From an uncultured Chloroflexia bacterium (GTDB lineage Bacteria; Chloroflexota; Limnocylindria; QHBO01), in NCBI GenBank assembly GCA_963827475.1, contig CAWHAZ010000005.1, positions 576,001 through 640,000 of the forward strand: a DNA stretch of 64,000 nt, in the 5' to 3' direction. The position numbers and the translations under genes were made by a program. Under the pieces are notes generated by a model. That model made no database searches, had not been told where the DNA came from, and saw only the letters and a program-made list of their open reading frames with translations. Each line of letters opens with the position of its first letter. Within the stretch, counting starts at the first letter, position 1. Positions 1 to 10,800 of the stretch are shown one piece after another.

Positions 1-1
1 C

Positions 2-896
2 ATCGCCGTCCAGGACCTGTCGTTCGCCGTGCCCGCGGGGGAGGTCTACGGGTTGCTCGGGCCGAACGGGGCGGGCAAGACGACCACGATCCGCATCCTG
101 GCCGGCCTCATCGCGCCGAGCGCCGGCACCGCCGAGATCGACGGCCTCCAGCTCGGGCCGGACAACCATCAGATCCGTGCCCGGACCGGCATCCTGACCG
201 AGAGCCCGGGCCTCCACGACCGCCTGACCGCCCGCCAGAACCTGGCCTACTACGGACGCCTGTACGGACTGACCGATGCCGCGCTGCGCGAGGCGGTGGA
301 CCGCCACCTGGCGGTGGTCGGCCTGACCGATGACGCGGATCGCCGGGTCGGTGGCTTCTCGAAGGGGATGCGGCAGCGGGTGGCGATCGCCCGGGCGCTC
401 CTCCACGAGCCGCGGGTGATCTACCTCGACGAGCCGACCAGCGGGCTCGACCCGGAGGCCGCGAAGTCCATCCGGGAGGTCATCGCCGGGTTGCGGGACG
501 CCGGCCGGTCGATCCTCATGTGCACCCACAACCTCGACGAGGCCGAGCGCCTGTGCGATCGGATCGGGATTCTCAACGGGCGGCTCATGGCCGAGGGCAC
601 ACCGGCCGAGCTTCGCCGTCGCGTGCGGCCGGCGACCACCCATGTCCAGCTCGACGGCGGGCCGGTCGACGCGACGGCCCTGGCCGGACCCGTCGGCTCC
701 CTCCCCTTCGTGCGGACCGTGCGTGCCGAGCGAGCGCGACCTGTGGGTCGAGCTGGCCGAGCCGCGGCAGGACACGCCCGATCTCGTCCGCGAGCTCGTG
801 GGCCACGGAGCACGGGTGCTGGCCATCTCCGAGGAAGTGGCGACCCTCGAGCAGGTGTACCTCGACCTCGTGGCGGAGGACGTCCATGCGGCTTGA
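2..896 (+). CDS. ABC transporter ATP-binding protein (5' truncated by window; frameshift near 730)
   Basis: Walker A GPNGAGKTT, signature FSKGMRQR, Walker B IYLDEP. The natural C-terminus (..TLEQVYLDLV..) lies in the 642..896 frame. Confidence 0.9.
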
Positions 897-1677
897 CGTG
901 GTCGCCACCGTCTTCGGCAAGGAGTGGCGGGAGATCGCCTCCAACAAGCTCCTGCTCGGCGTCGTCGCCGCGCCGGCGGTGATCTTCGCCGCCATCCCGA
1001 CCGCGATCGTGGCCTTCATCCAGATCAACGACCTGGACATGAGCCAGCTCGGCCAGATCGAGGTCATGCTCGCCGCGTTCCCCGGCCTGCCGCCCAAGCT
1101 GGCGGCCCAGGGGTTCATCGTCACCAACTTCATGGCCTACTTCCTGCTCATCCCGGCCATGGTCCCGATCGCGATCGCGTCGCAGTCGGTCATCGGCGAG
1201 CGCCAGGCGCGGTCGCTCGAGCCGCAGCTGGCGACCCCGGTCGAGGTCTCCGAGCTCCTGGCCGGCAAGACGATCGCGGCCGCGGTGCCGGCCATCGCGG
1301 CCACGTGGGCGGTCTGGGTCGGCTACGGGCTCCTGAACGCGGCCATCGCCGACCCGCGCCTGCTGCGGATGGTGTTCAGCCCGCAGTGGATCGTGGCCAT
1401 GGCCACCCTCGTCCCGCTCATCTGCGTCCTGTCGGTGCTGCTCGGGGTCATCGTCAGCTCGCGGGTCGGCGACCCGCGGACGGCGCAGCAGTTCGGGGCG
1501 TTCGTCGTGCTGCCGATCATCGCCATCGCGGTCGCCCAGTTCCTCGGCGGGCAGGCGACGTTCACGATGACCCAGGTCCTCATTGGCGACCTGGTGGTCC
1601 TCGGCCTCATCGGGGCGCTGCTGGTCATCGGCTCATGGGCCTTTGACCGTGAGGAGATCCTCACCCGCCTCGGCTGA
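886..1677 (+). CDS. ABC-2 type permease
   Basis: ATG at 886 (MRLDVVATVFGKEWRE), multiple TM segments, GERQARSLEPQLATP motif, overlaps the ATPase stop. Confidence 0.85.
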   Translation: MRLDVVATVFGKEWREIASNKLLLGVVAAPAVIFAAIPTAIVAFIQINDLDMSQLGQIEVMLAAFPGLPPKLAAQGFIVTNFMAYFLLIPAMVPIAIASQSVIGERQARSLEPQLATPVEVSELLAGKTIAAAVPAIAATWAVWVGYGLLNAAIADPRLLRMVFSPQWIVAMATLVPLICVLSVLLGVIVSSRVGDPRTAQQFGAFVVLPIIAIAVAQFLGGQATFTMTQVLIGDLVVLGLIGALLVIGSWAFDREEILTRLG

Positions 1678-1820
1678 CGGCTCCAGACCGCCTCAGAACG
1701 CAGCACAATTCCCCCTTTTCGCACAGCCCGCGGGTCCCTAGACTGGCGCGGGCGACCCGCGCGGCAGGTGGGTTCCATCTCCCGCAGCGGGTCACCGGCA
1801 CGGGCGAAGGAGAGAGCCTG

Positions 1821-3335
1821 ATGACCACAGCGTCCGCGACTTCAGACGCGCCCAGCCTGGATCGGAACGCGGTCGGCGCGACCGGCGTGGCATTCCAATC
1901 CATCACCCACATGGCGCCGGCGGTTGCCACCGCGGCCTCGCTCGGCGCCGCCACCGTCTTTGCCGGCGCGATCACCCCACTGGCGGTCCTGTTCGCCATG
2001 GTCGCGGTCCTGTTCACCGCCTACTCGCTCGGGGAGCTGGCCCGCCACCTCCCCTCGGCTGGAGGCATGTACACCTACGTCGGCCGCGGCCTGGGATCGT
2101 TCTTCGGCTGGCTGATGGCCTGGGCATTCACCCTGGCCGAGCCCTTGGTCGCCCCGCTCCTGTTCGGCGGCTTCGGGTTCTTCGGGGCGATCTTCGTCGC
2201 GACCTACCTGGGCGTGGAGCTCACCGAGATGTGGGCCATCCTGGCCGTCGCCTGCGGCCTGTTGACCTGGTGGCTGCTGTACAGCGGCATCTCGTTCAGC
2301 ACGCGGGCCGGGGTCGTCCTGGGCACCATCGAGATCGCCATCTTCGTGGTCATCTCGACCCTGCTCATCATCAACGCCGGGTCGAACAACACGGTGGAGG
2401 TCTTCATTCCCGGCGCGGACGGCATCACGCCGGCCCTGCAGGGGATGGTCTTCTGCCTGCTGGCGTTCATCGGGTTCGAGGCGGCCGCGCCGCTGGGCGA
2501 GGAGGCGAAGGATCCCAAGCGAACCATCCCGAGGGCGGTCGTCTGGTCCGCCATCCTGGTTGGCGCGTTCTACGTCTTCAACATGTATGCCGCCACCGTG
2601 TACTTCGGTCCCGATCGCATGGCGAGCGAATTCCTCGGCTTCAACGCCGGCGATCCGTGGGGCGGGATGGCGGAGGAGGTTCTCCCGGTCATCGGTGGAT
2701 TCGCGGTCCTGTTCGCCATCCTGAACAGCTGCCTGGCCAACGCCAGCTCCGGCGCAACGGCGGCGACCCGATCGGTGTTCAACATGGGACGCGGCGGACT
2801 GCTGCCCCGCTTCCTGGGAGCGGTGCACCCGACCCGGCAGACGCCGGTGAACGCGGTGCACGTCCAGATGATCCTGGGCATCGCCCTCGTGCTCGTCCTC
2901 GGCTTCGTCCTGACCACCGATCCGTTCCCGGCCGGTCTGAACGTCTACGTCTTCCTGGGCACCCTGCTCGGGCTGCTGTTCGCCGGGATGTACATGGCCG
3001 TGAACCTGGCCTGCATCGGCTACTTCCTGCGTGAAGGGCGGGAGCACTTCAATCCGATCAAGCACCTGGTCGTCCCGATCATCGGCTTCATCGCGATGAT
3101 CCCGGCCCTGCTGTTCGTGATCGGCGGGGTGACCATCCCGCTCATCGATCTGGACGTTCCGTCTCTCGGCGGCGACCTCACCCTGGTGGCACCGATCGCG
3201 GGAGTCTGGATGCTGATCGGCATCGTCCTGTACTTCGTCATCCGTGCCATGCGCCCGCAGGCGATCAAGGATCTGGGAGCGGTGTACGGCGAGACGGACA
3301 CCCTGCCGGAGCCCGCGCCGGAGGCCGAGGCCTAG
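1821..3335 (+). CDS. APC family amino acid/polyamine permease
   Basis: About 12 hydrophobic helices, GGMYTY and FIGFE..EEAKDPKRTIPRA motifs, SD AAGGAG upstream. Confidence 0.9.
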   Translation: MTTASATSDAPSLDRNAVGATGVAFQSITHMAPAVATAASLGAATVFAGAITPLAVLFAMVAVLFTAYSLGELARHLPSAGGMYTYVGRGLGSFFGWLMAWAFTLAEPLVAPLLFGGFGFFGAIFVATYLGVELTEMWAILAVACGLLTWWLLYSGISFSTRAGVVLGTIEIAIFVVISTLLIINAGSNNTVEVFIPGADGITPALQGMVFCLLAFIGFEAAAPLGEEAKDPKRTIPRAVVWSAILVGAFYVFNMYAATVYFGPDRMASEFLGFNAGDPWGGMAEEVLPVIGGFAVLFAILNSCLANASSGATAATRSVFNMGRGGLLPRFLGAVHPTRQTPVNAVHVQMILGIALVLVLGFVLTTDPFPAGLNVYVFLGTLLGLLFAGMYMAVNLACIGYFLREGREHFNPIKHLVVPIIGFIAMIPALLFVIGGVTIPLIDLDVPSLGGDLTLVAPIAGVWMLIGIVLYFVIRAMRPQAIKDLGAVYGETDTLPEPAPEAEA

Positions 3336-3363
3336 CGGGCCTGGCTCCCGACCAGCACGACCG

Positions 3364-3392
3364 ATGGGCCGGCGCGCGACGCGCCGGCCCAT
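3364..3392. terminator. 13-bp perfect hairpin between convergent genes
   Basis: ATGGGCCGGCGCG-CGA-CGCGCCGGCCCAT; no U-tract seen. Confidence 0.55.
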
Positions 3393-3414
3393 TCACATCG
3401 GTAGCGCCGAGCGC

Positions 3415-4358
3415 CTAGTCGAAGATGTCCAACGGGCAGTGGGCGGTCACGACCCAGTTCGGGGCGTCGACGATCTCGCTGATCCGGAGATCCACCGCCA
3501 CGCTGCACAGCAGGTAGGCCTGGACCGGGCTCGAGGCCGTGCTCGCGGCCAAGCCACTCGATCATCCGCCGCGGTGGCATCCCGCGCGGCGGTCATGAGG
3601 TCCGGACCGATGCCATCGGTCGCGTAGCGCCGTCCCTGGCGCTCGGCGGCCCACGGGTCGGCCGCGGCCTCGAACTCCGGGCCGGTGAGGTGGAGGTCGT
3701 TGCGGGCGGTGACCCGGACGGTGGCCCGCATCGGCGTCTCGATCGCGGTCCCGCACACCTCGCCGTCGCCCTGGGTGGCGTGGCCGTCGCCCATCGACAG
3801 GTTGGCCCCGGCCACGAACACCGGCAGGTAGAGGGTCGTGCCCGCCACCAGGTGCCGGGTGTCCATGTTCCCGCCGTGGAGGTCGGGCGGGATGGTGGAC
3901 AGTGGCCCCGCCTTGGGTGCCACCCCCACCTCGCCGCAGAACGGGGCCAGCGGGACGCGGATGCCGGGCCAGTACTCGACCCGGTCCGCGCCGGCGGGCA
4001 GGGCGGTGACCTTGTAGAACGGGTCCGGGAACTCGTCGGCCAGCAGGCCAAAGCCGGGGATCGAGGCCGTCCAGCCCCAGTCCGCGGGCTGGAAGTCGAG
4101 CAGATCGACCTGGAGCGTCCCACCCGGCTCGGCGCCCTCCACCGCCACCGGCCCGTTGACCTGGTCGACGCGAGCGAAGTCCAGGGTCTCGATGTCCGCC
4201 GTGGTGGAGGTCGCGGTCAGCTGGCCGAACGAGGCGTCGAGGCAGTCGAGCTCGATCACGCTCCCCGATGCGACCGTGGCCACCGGCGCGATGGCCGGGT
4301 CCCAGGCGAGGTGGTTCTGGTCTCGACCGATGCGAAGGTCGGGGGTCGGCACGGGCAT
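3415..4358 (-). CDS. Acetamidase/formamidase family protein (two apparent frameshifts near 3530-3575)
   Basis: GGNMD and GDGHATQGDGEVCGTAIE motifs. The C-terminus AYLLCSVAVDLRISEIVDAPNWVV is recovered in shifted frames, ending at TAG 3415. Confidence 0.88.
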
Positions 4359-4441
4359 CTGGGCTCTCCGCTGCGGTGCTCTCCGATGGTACGACCGCCC
4401 GAGCCCGATCGGCCACGCTTCGGGCTACACTCGGTCTCCGC

Positions 4442-4518
4442 GGTGGCCTTAGCTCAACTGGCAGAGCATCGGATTGTGGCTCCGAAGGTTACGGGTTCAA
4501 GCCCCGTAGGCCACCCCA
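4442..4518 (+). tRNA. tRNA-His (GTG)
   Basis: G-1 plus GTGGCCT/AGGCCAC acceptor stem, anticodon arm TCGGA-TTGTGGC-TCCGA, T-loop TTCAAGC, encoded CCA; TACACT -10 at 4426. Confidence 0.96.
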
Positions 4519-4542
4519 TGATTCCGGTCCCGAGTCGCGAGA

Positions 4543-5073
<531 letters not shown>

Positions 5074-5107
5074 GCCCACACTTCCTTTCCGTACGCGCTA
5101 CGCTCTC

Positions 5108-5158
5108 GATTGTGGCTCCGAAGGTTACGGGTTCTAGCCTCGTAGGCCACCCCATGAT
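5108..5158 (+). repeat. Duplicated 3' half of tRNA-His (attR-like)
   Basis: GATTGTGGCTCCGAAGGTTACGGGTTCTAGCCTCGTAGGCCACCCCATGAT, 2 mismatches to the tRNA copy, both in the T arm. Confidence 0.92.
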
Positions 5159-5170
5159 CAGGAGGGTGTC

Positions 5171-5692
5171 ATGACCACCGAAGCGACCCCACCCGAGAGC
5201 CCGCCTCCGGCTCCACCGTCCGACTGGGCTGCCCCACCGCCGACGCAAGCCGGTCCGGCTGCGGGCCTCCGGTATGGCGGGTTCTGGGTCCGGTTCCTCG
5301 CCATCATCCTCGACGCCGTCGTGATCGGGGTGATCACCAGCGCCCTCGCCGTGTTCGCGCTCGGCGGAAACATGTTCGTGACCACGACCGAAGCCGGTGC
5401 CGTGGCGGTGAACTACACCACCAACGCGTTCGGCGCCCTCATCGGCCTGGTGTACTTCGTCGGCTTCTGGGGCTGGCGCGGGCAGACCCCGGGAATGATC
5501 CCGTTCGACATGCGGATCGTGATGGCCGACGACGGCAGCAAGCCGGACTGGGTGCGGATGCTGCTCCGCTACGTGGGTCTCCTGATCGGCATCGTCATCT
5601 TCTTCCTGGGCGTGATCTGGGCTGGCTTCGACCGGCGCAAGCAGGGCTGGCACGACAAGATGGCCGGCACGGTGGTCGTCCGCCCGACCTGA
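5171..5692 (+). CDS. RDD family membrane protein
   Basis: YGGFWVRFLAIILD, GQTPG, RKQGWHDKMAGTVVV; SD AGGAGG. Confidence 0.92.
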   Translation: MTTEATPPESPPPAPPSDWAAPPPTQAGPAAGLRYGGFWVRFLAIILDAVVIGVITSALAVFALGGNMFVTTTEAGAVAVNYTTNAFGALIGLVYFVGFWGWRGQTPGMIPFDMRIVMADDGSKPDWVRMLLRYVGLLIGIVIFFLGVIWAGFDRRKQGWHDKMAGTVVVRPT

Positions 5693-5838
5693 GGTCCCGG
5701 CGGGGCGAGCCGATGGTCCCGGCCAGATGGTCCCGGCCGGTGCCGGGACGACCGCGCTACTGACCCTCCTGACACGCCAACCTAGCCTTCGGGGTGAAGC
5801 CGCCGAGAACGGCGGCATTGCCCAGGGGTGCCTATCGC

Positions 5839-6745
5839 ATGCGTGTCCGGCCCGGAGTTGCCCGCCGACCGAACGTTCTCGCCCGAGCCGCCGGCCTGGC
5901 CACGACCGCCCTCGTCGGTGCCGCCCTGCTCGTCACCTCGAGCGCGGCTCCGGTCTCGGGCTGGAACCAAGGCGAGCGCAGAGGCGACCATGTGGCAGCT
6001 CCTGAACGGCGCGCGGGCCAACAACGGGCTCAACGTCCTCGTCCAGCACGGGACCCTGGTGTCCCTCGCCCGCTGGCGCAGCCAGGACCTGATCGACCGC
6101 AACTACTTCAGCCATACGATCCTGGGCACCGGCTACCAGGTCTACCACTGGTACGACACCAACGGCCTCAACTACAGCCTGGGCGGCGAGAACATCGCCT
6201 GGAACAGCGGCTACGCGGACGCTGACTCTCCGGTCGCGGCCCACAACGGGTTCATGAACTCGTCCGGCCACCGCGCCAACATCCTGCGGCCCGGGTGGAC
6301 CCACGGCGGAGTGGGCGCCTTCGCGAGGGATGGCGTCATGTTCCTCGGCTCGATGCGGAACCCGCGCACCTACACCCAGCTGTTCATGACCGCCTCCGGC
6401 GGTGGTGGGGGAGGCGGCGGCGGTGGCGGTGGTGGGGGAGGCGGCGGCGGTGGTGGTGGTGGGGGAGGCGGCGGCGTCGCGCGGCCGGTTGCGCTCCCGC
6501 CCTTGCCTCCGCGTGTCGTTCCGGCGCCCGTGCGACCGACCTCGTCCGCGCCGATCGACGGCCGCAGCCTGCTGGTGCACGCGACGGATGACGTTCCGCA
6601 GCGGTTCGCGGCCGGGCTGGATACCCGGACCGTGATGCCGCCACCGGCCGAGGCGCCGAGCCTCCGAGTCGCGGACGCCGGAGCGGCCGAGCGCGGCGTG
6701 TTCGAGACGTTCTTCGGCTCCCTGATCGGGTTCCTTTTCGGCTGA
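5839..6745 (+). CDS. Secreted CAP (SCP-like) domain protein with poly-Gly linker (frameshift near 5972)
   Basis: Signal-peptide-like N-terminus in the 5794 frame; CAP motifs YFSH, GENIAW, MNSSGHRANIL in the 5828 frame. Confidence 0.8.
6398..6475 (+). repeat. GGN tract encoding 26 consecutive Gly
   Basis: Imperfect tandem units of GGTGGTGGGGGAGGCGGCGGC. Confidence 0.9.
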
Positions 6746-6785
6746 CCCGCTCCCGGGTCCGTCCCCGGCCGTATCCTGTCGCCCG

Positions 6786-7532
6786 ATGACGGCCATTCTC
6801 GAGGCGCATGACCTCGTCAAGCGCTATGCGGTCGGCGACGAGCAGGTCGAGGCGCTCCGCGGCGTGAGCCTCGCCGTCGATCGCGGCGAGTTCCTGGCGA
6901 TCATGGGCGCCTCCGGATCGGGCAAGTCGACGCTCCTCCATCTGCTCGGTGGACTCGACAAGCCCAGCGGCGGCGACGTCGTCATCGACGGGGTCGACAT
7001 CAGCGCCCTCGACGACGAGCAGGCGACCCTCACCCGTCGCGACAAGACCGGGTTCGTGTTCCAGTTCTTCAACCTCATCCCGCTGCTCACGGTCCGCGAG
7101 AACGTGGCCCTTCCCTTCCTGATCGGCGGCGGCGCGGCCGCCGAGCACCAGGCCCGGGTGGACGAGCTGCTCGACATGGTCGGACTGGTGGCGAAGGCCG
7201 AGCACGCCCCGGACCAGCTCTCCGCCGGCGAGCAGCAGCGGGTCGCGCTGGCCCGCGCGCTCGCCACCCAGCCGGCGCTGCTCCTGGCCGATGAGCCGAC
7301 CGGCAACCTGGACTACACGACCGGCGGGGAGATCCTCGAGCTCCTCTCGCGCTCCTGCGTCCAGCTGGGTCAGACCATCGTGCTCGTGACCCACGAGGCG
7401 CGCGCAGCCGCCTACGCCGATCGGGTGCTCGTCGTCCGCGACGGGCTGATCCTCGACGAGATCCATCTCGGCCGGCGCGAGGACCACGACCCGGCCCCGC
7501 TCCTGGCGCGGCTCGCCACCCTCGGGCTCTGA
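6786..7532 (+). CDS. ABC transporter ATP-binding protein (LolD/MacB-type)
   Basis: GASGSGKST, FVFQFFNLIP, LSAGEQQR, LADEPTGNLD. Confidence 0.93.
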   Translation: MTAILEAHDLVKRYAVGDEQVEALRGVSLAVDRGEFLAIMGASGSGKSTLLHLLGGLDKPSGGDVVIDGVDISALDDEQATLTRRDKTGFVFQFFNLIPLLTVRENVALPFLIGGGAAAEHQARVDELLDMVGLVAKAEHAPDQLSAGEQQRVALARALATQPALLLADEPTGNLDYTTGGEILELLSRSCVQLGQTIVLVTHEARAAAYADRVLVVRDGLILDEIHLGRREDHDPAPLLARLATLGL

Positions 7533-7548
7533 GCGGCACCCCGTCCGT

Positions 7549-10083
7549 ATGCGCCTGTCGTCCGTCGCCTGGAGGAGCCTGACCGCTCGACCGGCCCGGA
7601 CCCTGCTCACCGTTGGCGGCGTCGCGCTCGGCGTCGCGCTGGTGGCCGGCACCCTGCTCGCCGCGGACGCCGCGACGCGTGCGGTCAGCCGCGCGGCCGA
7701 AGAGCTCTTCGGCGCGGCCGACCTCCGCGTCCGGGCGTTCGACGATGACGGCCTGAGCGACGCGTCGGTCACCGCCGTCCGGTCCCTGTCCGGGGTCACC
7801 GTCAGCGCGACCCTGGCGGAGCGGCGCCTCACCCTGTCGACCCAGCCGGGACCGGACGAGCAGGTCTTCACCCTGCTCGCGGTGGGCGTGGACCCGCCGG
7901 CCGAGGCCGCGCTCGACCGGCCGACGCTCACCGCCGGGACGGCGCTCAGCGCGGAGCAGCCGGACGGCGCCCTGGTCAGCGCCGGCTGGGCGACCGATCA
8001 CGCGCTGGGCATCGGTGACGAGCTGCTGCTGACCGGCGCCAGCCTCGAGACCCCGCCGCTGACGATCATCGGTCTGCTGGCGGACACCGGGGTGGGGGCC
8101 CAGTCGGGCGGCAACGTGATCGTGCTCGGCCACGAGACGCTGAACGCCGCCTTCGAGGTCCCCACGCCGGTGACGGCCATGGATCTGGCGGTGGCCGAGG
8201 GTCGGATGGAGGACGTCCAGGCCGGCCTCGACCGGGTCATGCGCGAGCCGTTCGTGGTCGAAACCGTCGCGGACGCGGCGGCCGCCTTCGAGCGGGCGCA
8301 GGCGGGATTCGCGGGGATTGCCTTCCTGCTCGGGCTGGTGGCCCTGAGCGCTGGCGCGTTCCTGGTCGCCAACACGCTGGCCATGACCCTGTCGGAGCGC
8401 AGCCGCGAGGTCGGCCTGCTGCGCGCCGCGGGGGCGACCGGCGGGCAGGTCCGCGGCCTCGTGCTGCGCCAGGGCCTGGCCCTGGGCCTCGCCGGCGCCG
8501 CGCTCGGCGTCCCGCTCGGGGTTGGCGTCGGGGCGGTGCTCGTCACCGCGGTCAGCGGCTCCCGGGCGGCGCTGGTCAGCGACATCGGCCTCAACCCCGC
8601 CGCCCTGGCCCTTGCCTTCGGCCTCGGCCTGGGGGTCACGCTGCTCGCGTCGTGGGTTCCCGCGGTCGAGGCCGCGCGGATCAGCCCGCTCGAGGCTCTC
8701 CGCCCCGGCCGGCCACGCGGCCGCAGCCTGTGGGGCCGCCTGCGCTGGATCGTGCTCGCCGAGCTCGTGGTGGTGGCGGCCGGCTTCCTGCTCTACCCGC
8801 TGGAGCGGGGAACGCCGCCGTTGGTGGCCACCATCCTCGCCGTCGGCCTCCTCGTCGGCGGCGCGGTGGCCACCGCCTTCATCCTCGAGCCGCTCGGCCG
8901 GATCGTCGGCGCGCCGTTCGAGCGGCTGTTCGGCGCCACCGGGCTGCTCGGCAGCGCCAACCTCGGCCGCGACCGGGCACGCACCGGCCTCAGCGTGGCG
9001 GCGCTGACCATCGCCCTGGCCGCGGTCGTGACCCTCGGCACCACCGCCGCCTCCGCGCGCGGGACGGCGGACCGATGGGTCCAGTCCATCCTGCCCGGCG
9101 GCCACGCCATCCGGCTGCCGGTGCCCTCGTCGATCGACATCGTCGGCGAGGCGATCGTCAGCACGCCGGGCACCCTGGCCGCCAGTCCCGTGCCCGAGTT
9201 CGGCGCGGCCGCGACCAGCGCGGGCCTGGACGGCGAAGCCAGCGTGGCGGGAATCGATCCCACCATCTGGCAGGACGCCGGGGCGCTGATCATCGTGAAC
9301 GCCGAGCGAGCGGCCGCGTTCGACGCCCTGCGCGCCGGTGGCGCGGTCCTCGTCCCCGAATCCCTCGCCAGTCGGACGGGACTGGCGCCCGGTGACCGCA
9401 TCCAGCTCGCCGTGCCCGGCGGCGCCTCGGCGGAGTTCACCGTCGCCGGCCTGGTCGCCTACTCCCTGCCGGGTCGGTCCGGGGACGGGGCCCTGCTGAT
9501 CAGCCTGACCGAGGCACGGGCCATCTTCGGGGTGGATGTCGCCACCATCTGGGCGATGGTCCCCCAGCCGGAGATCGGCGACGACGCGTACGCGGAGCTC
9601 GTGGCGGAGACGGCGACGGAGCTGGCCGGGGAGGCGCTCACCGCGGAGGCCCTCGCCGAGCAGCTCGCCCGCTCGCTGGACCGGCTGCTCGGTCTGTTCG
9701 ACGCGCTCGCCCTGCTGGCGGTGGTCATCGGCGCGGTGGGGATCGTCAATACCCTGACCCTGGGCGTCACCGAGCGCACCCGGGAGATCGCGGTCCTCCG
9801 CGCCCACGGCATGACCGTCGGCCAGGTGGAGGGCATGGTCGTGACCGAGGCCGCGATCATGGGCACCGTCGGCGGGCTGCTGGCCGTCGCGGCCGGGGTC
9901 GCCGTCACCGGCCTGCTGGTCGCCCTCGCGCCGCGCGATTTCGCCGCGGGGCTGGTCATCCCCTGGCCGCTGATCGGCGCCGTGATCCTCCTCGGCCTGG
10001 GGGTCGCGTCCGTGGCCGGGCTGTACCCGGCCCGCCTGGCGGGCAGGCGCCCGGTCCTCGCCAGCCTGAAGCACTTCGAATAG
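7549..10083 (+). CDS. FtsX/MacB-like ABC permease (duplicated)
   Basis: Two ER..E.G.LRA.G motifs, two large extracytoplasmic domains, directly follows the LolD-type ATPase. Confidence 0.9.
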   Translation: MRLSSVAWRSLTARPARTLLTVGGVALGVALVAGTLLAADAATRAVSRAAEELFGAADLRVRAFDDDGLSDASVTAVRSLSGVTVSATLAERRLTLSTQPGPDEQVFTLLAVGVDPPAEAALDRPTLTAGTALSAEQPDGALVSAGWATDHALGIGDELLLTGASLETPPLTIIGLLADTGVGAQSGGNVIVLGHETLNAAFEVPTPVTAMDLAVAEGRMEDVQAGLDRVMREPFVVETVADAAAAFERAQAGFAGIAFLLGLVALSAGAFLVANTLAMTLSERSREVGLLRAAGATGGQVRGLVLRQGLALGLAGAALGVPLGVGVGAVLVTAVSGSRAALVSDIGLNPAALALAFGLGLGVTLLASWVPAVEAARISPLEALRPGRPRGRSLWGRLRWIVLAELVVVAAGFLLYPLERGTPPLVATILAVGLLVGGAVATAFILEPLGRIVGAPFERLFGATGLLGSANLGRDRARTGLSVAALTIALAAVVTLGTTAASARGTADRWVQSILPGGHAIRLPVPSSIDIVGEAIVSTPGTLAASPVPEFGAAATSAGLDGEASVAGIDPTIWQDAGALIIVNAERAAAFDALRAGGAVLVPESLASRTGLAPGDRIQLAVPGGASAEFTVAGLVAYSLPGRSGDGALLISLTEARAIFGVDVATIWAMVPQPEIGDDAYAELVAETATELAGEALTAEALAEQLARSLDRLLGLFDALALLAVVIGAVGIVNTLTLGVTERTREIAVLRAHGMTVGQVEGMVVTEAAIMGTVGGLLAVAAGVAVTGLLVALAPRDFAAGLVIPWPLIGAVILLGLGVASVAGLYPARLAGRRPVLASLKHFE

Positions 10084-10121
10084 ACCGATGGCGGAAGCGG
10101 ACCGATGATCGAGCGGGACCG

Positions 10122-10550
10122 ATGACCGAGCGCACCTGGGAGGCGACGCCCGGTCGGGAATTCGTCGGTCGTCTCGAGAAGGGGAGTGACCTCGTCGCCG
10201 AGCTGGAGCGGATCTGCGCCGAGCGGGACGTGTCAGCCGCGTGGGTCAGCGTCATCGGCGCGGTCAGCCATGCGGCCTACGCCTACTACCACCAGACCGA
10301 CCATCGGTATCTCGAGCTCGCCTCCGACACCCACCACGAGATCGTCGGCTTCATCGGCAACGTCAGCCTCCGCGACGGGAAGCCGTTCCTCCACGCCCAC
10401 GCGACCTTCGCCGACGAGCACGGCGCGTGCGTCGGCGGTCACCTGCTGCGCGGGATCACCGTGTTCGTGGCCGAGTTCACGATCCGCGAGCTGACCGGCG
10501 TCGAGCTGGTCCGGACCTTCGACGAGGAGTTCGGCCTGGCCCTGTGGTGA
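10122..10550 (+). CDS. PPC/DUF296 domain protein
   Basis: EIVGFIGNV, HAHATF, GGHL motifs. Confidence 0.88.
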   Translation: MTERTWEATPGREFVGRLEKGSDLVAELERICAERDVSAAWVSVIGAVSHAAYAYYHQTDHRYLELASDTHHEIVGFIGNVSLRDGKPFLHAHATFADEHGACVGGHLLRGITVFVAEFTIRELTGVELVRTFDEEFGLALW

Positions 10551-10575
10551 GGGGCCGCGGCTACAATCGGCGCCG

Positions 10576-10651
10576 GCGCCGGTAGCTCAGTGGATAGAGC
10601 GGGTGGCTTCGGACCACCAGGCCGCGGGTTCGAATCCTGCCCGGCGCGCCA
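10576..10651 (+). tRNA. tRNA-Arg (TCG)
   Basis: GCGCCGG/CCGGCGC acceptor stem, anticodon arm GGTGG-CTTCGGA-CCACC, TTCGAAT, encoded CCA; TACAAT -10 at 10562. Confidence 0.95.
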
Positions 10652-10680
10652 CCCTCCGCTGAATTCGGGCGACGTCGGCG

Positions 10681-10800
10681 TCAGCCGCCGCTGATCGTGG
10701 GCAGGACCCAGGTCAGGGCCACCCAGATGGCGCAGATCCATCCGAGCGCGGAGACGCCGAGGATCCCGAACCAGGCCGCTCGCTCGAATCGGTCGCTCAT
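10681..10800 (-). CDS. Putative 39-aa single-TM small protein (not in ORF track)
   Basis: MSDRFERAAWFGILGVSALGWICAIWVALTWVLPTISGG*, host-like codon usage. Confidence 0.5.
   Translation of the reverse strand: MSDRFERAAWFGILGVSALGWICAIWVALTWVLPTISGG

Noticed and set aside
5693-5838. Possible c-di-AMP (ydaO) riboswitch before the CAP gene (GGGGTGAAGCCGCC hairpin; GATGGTCCCGGCC x2)
   Set aside because: The conserved 5' and 3' elements (GGGGAACC, AACCCG.CAGCTAAC) are not present.
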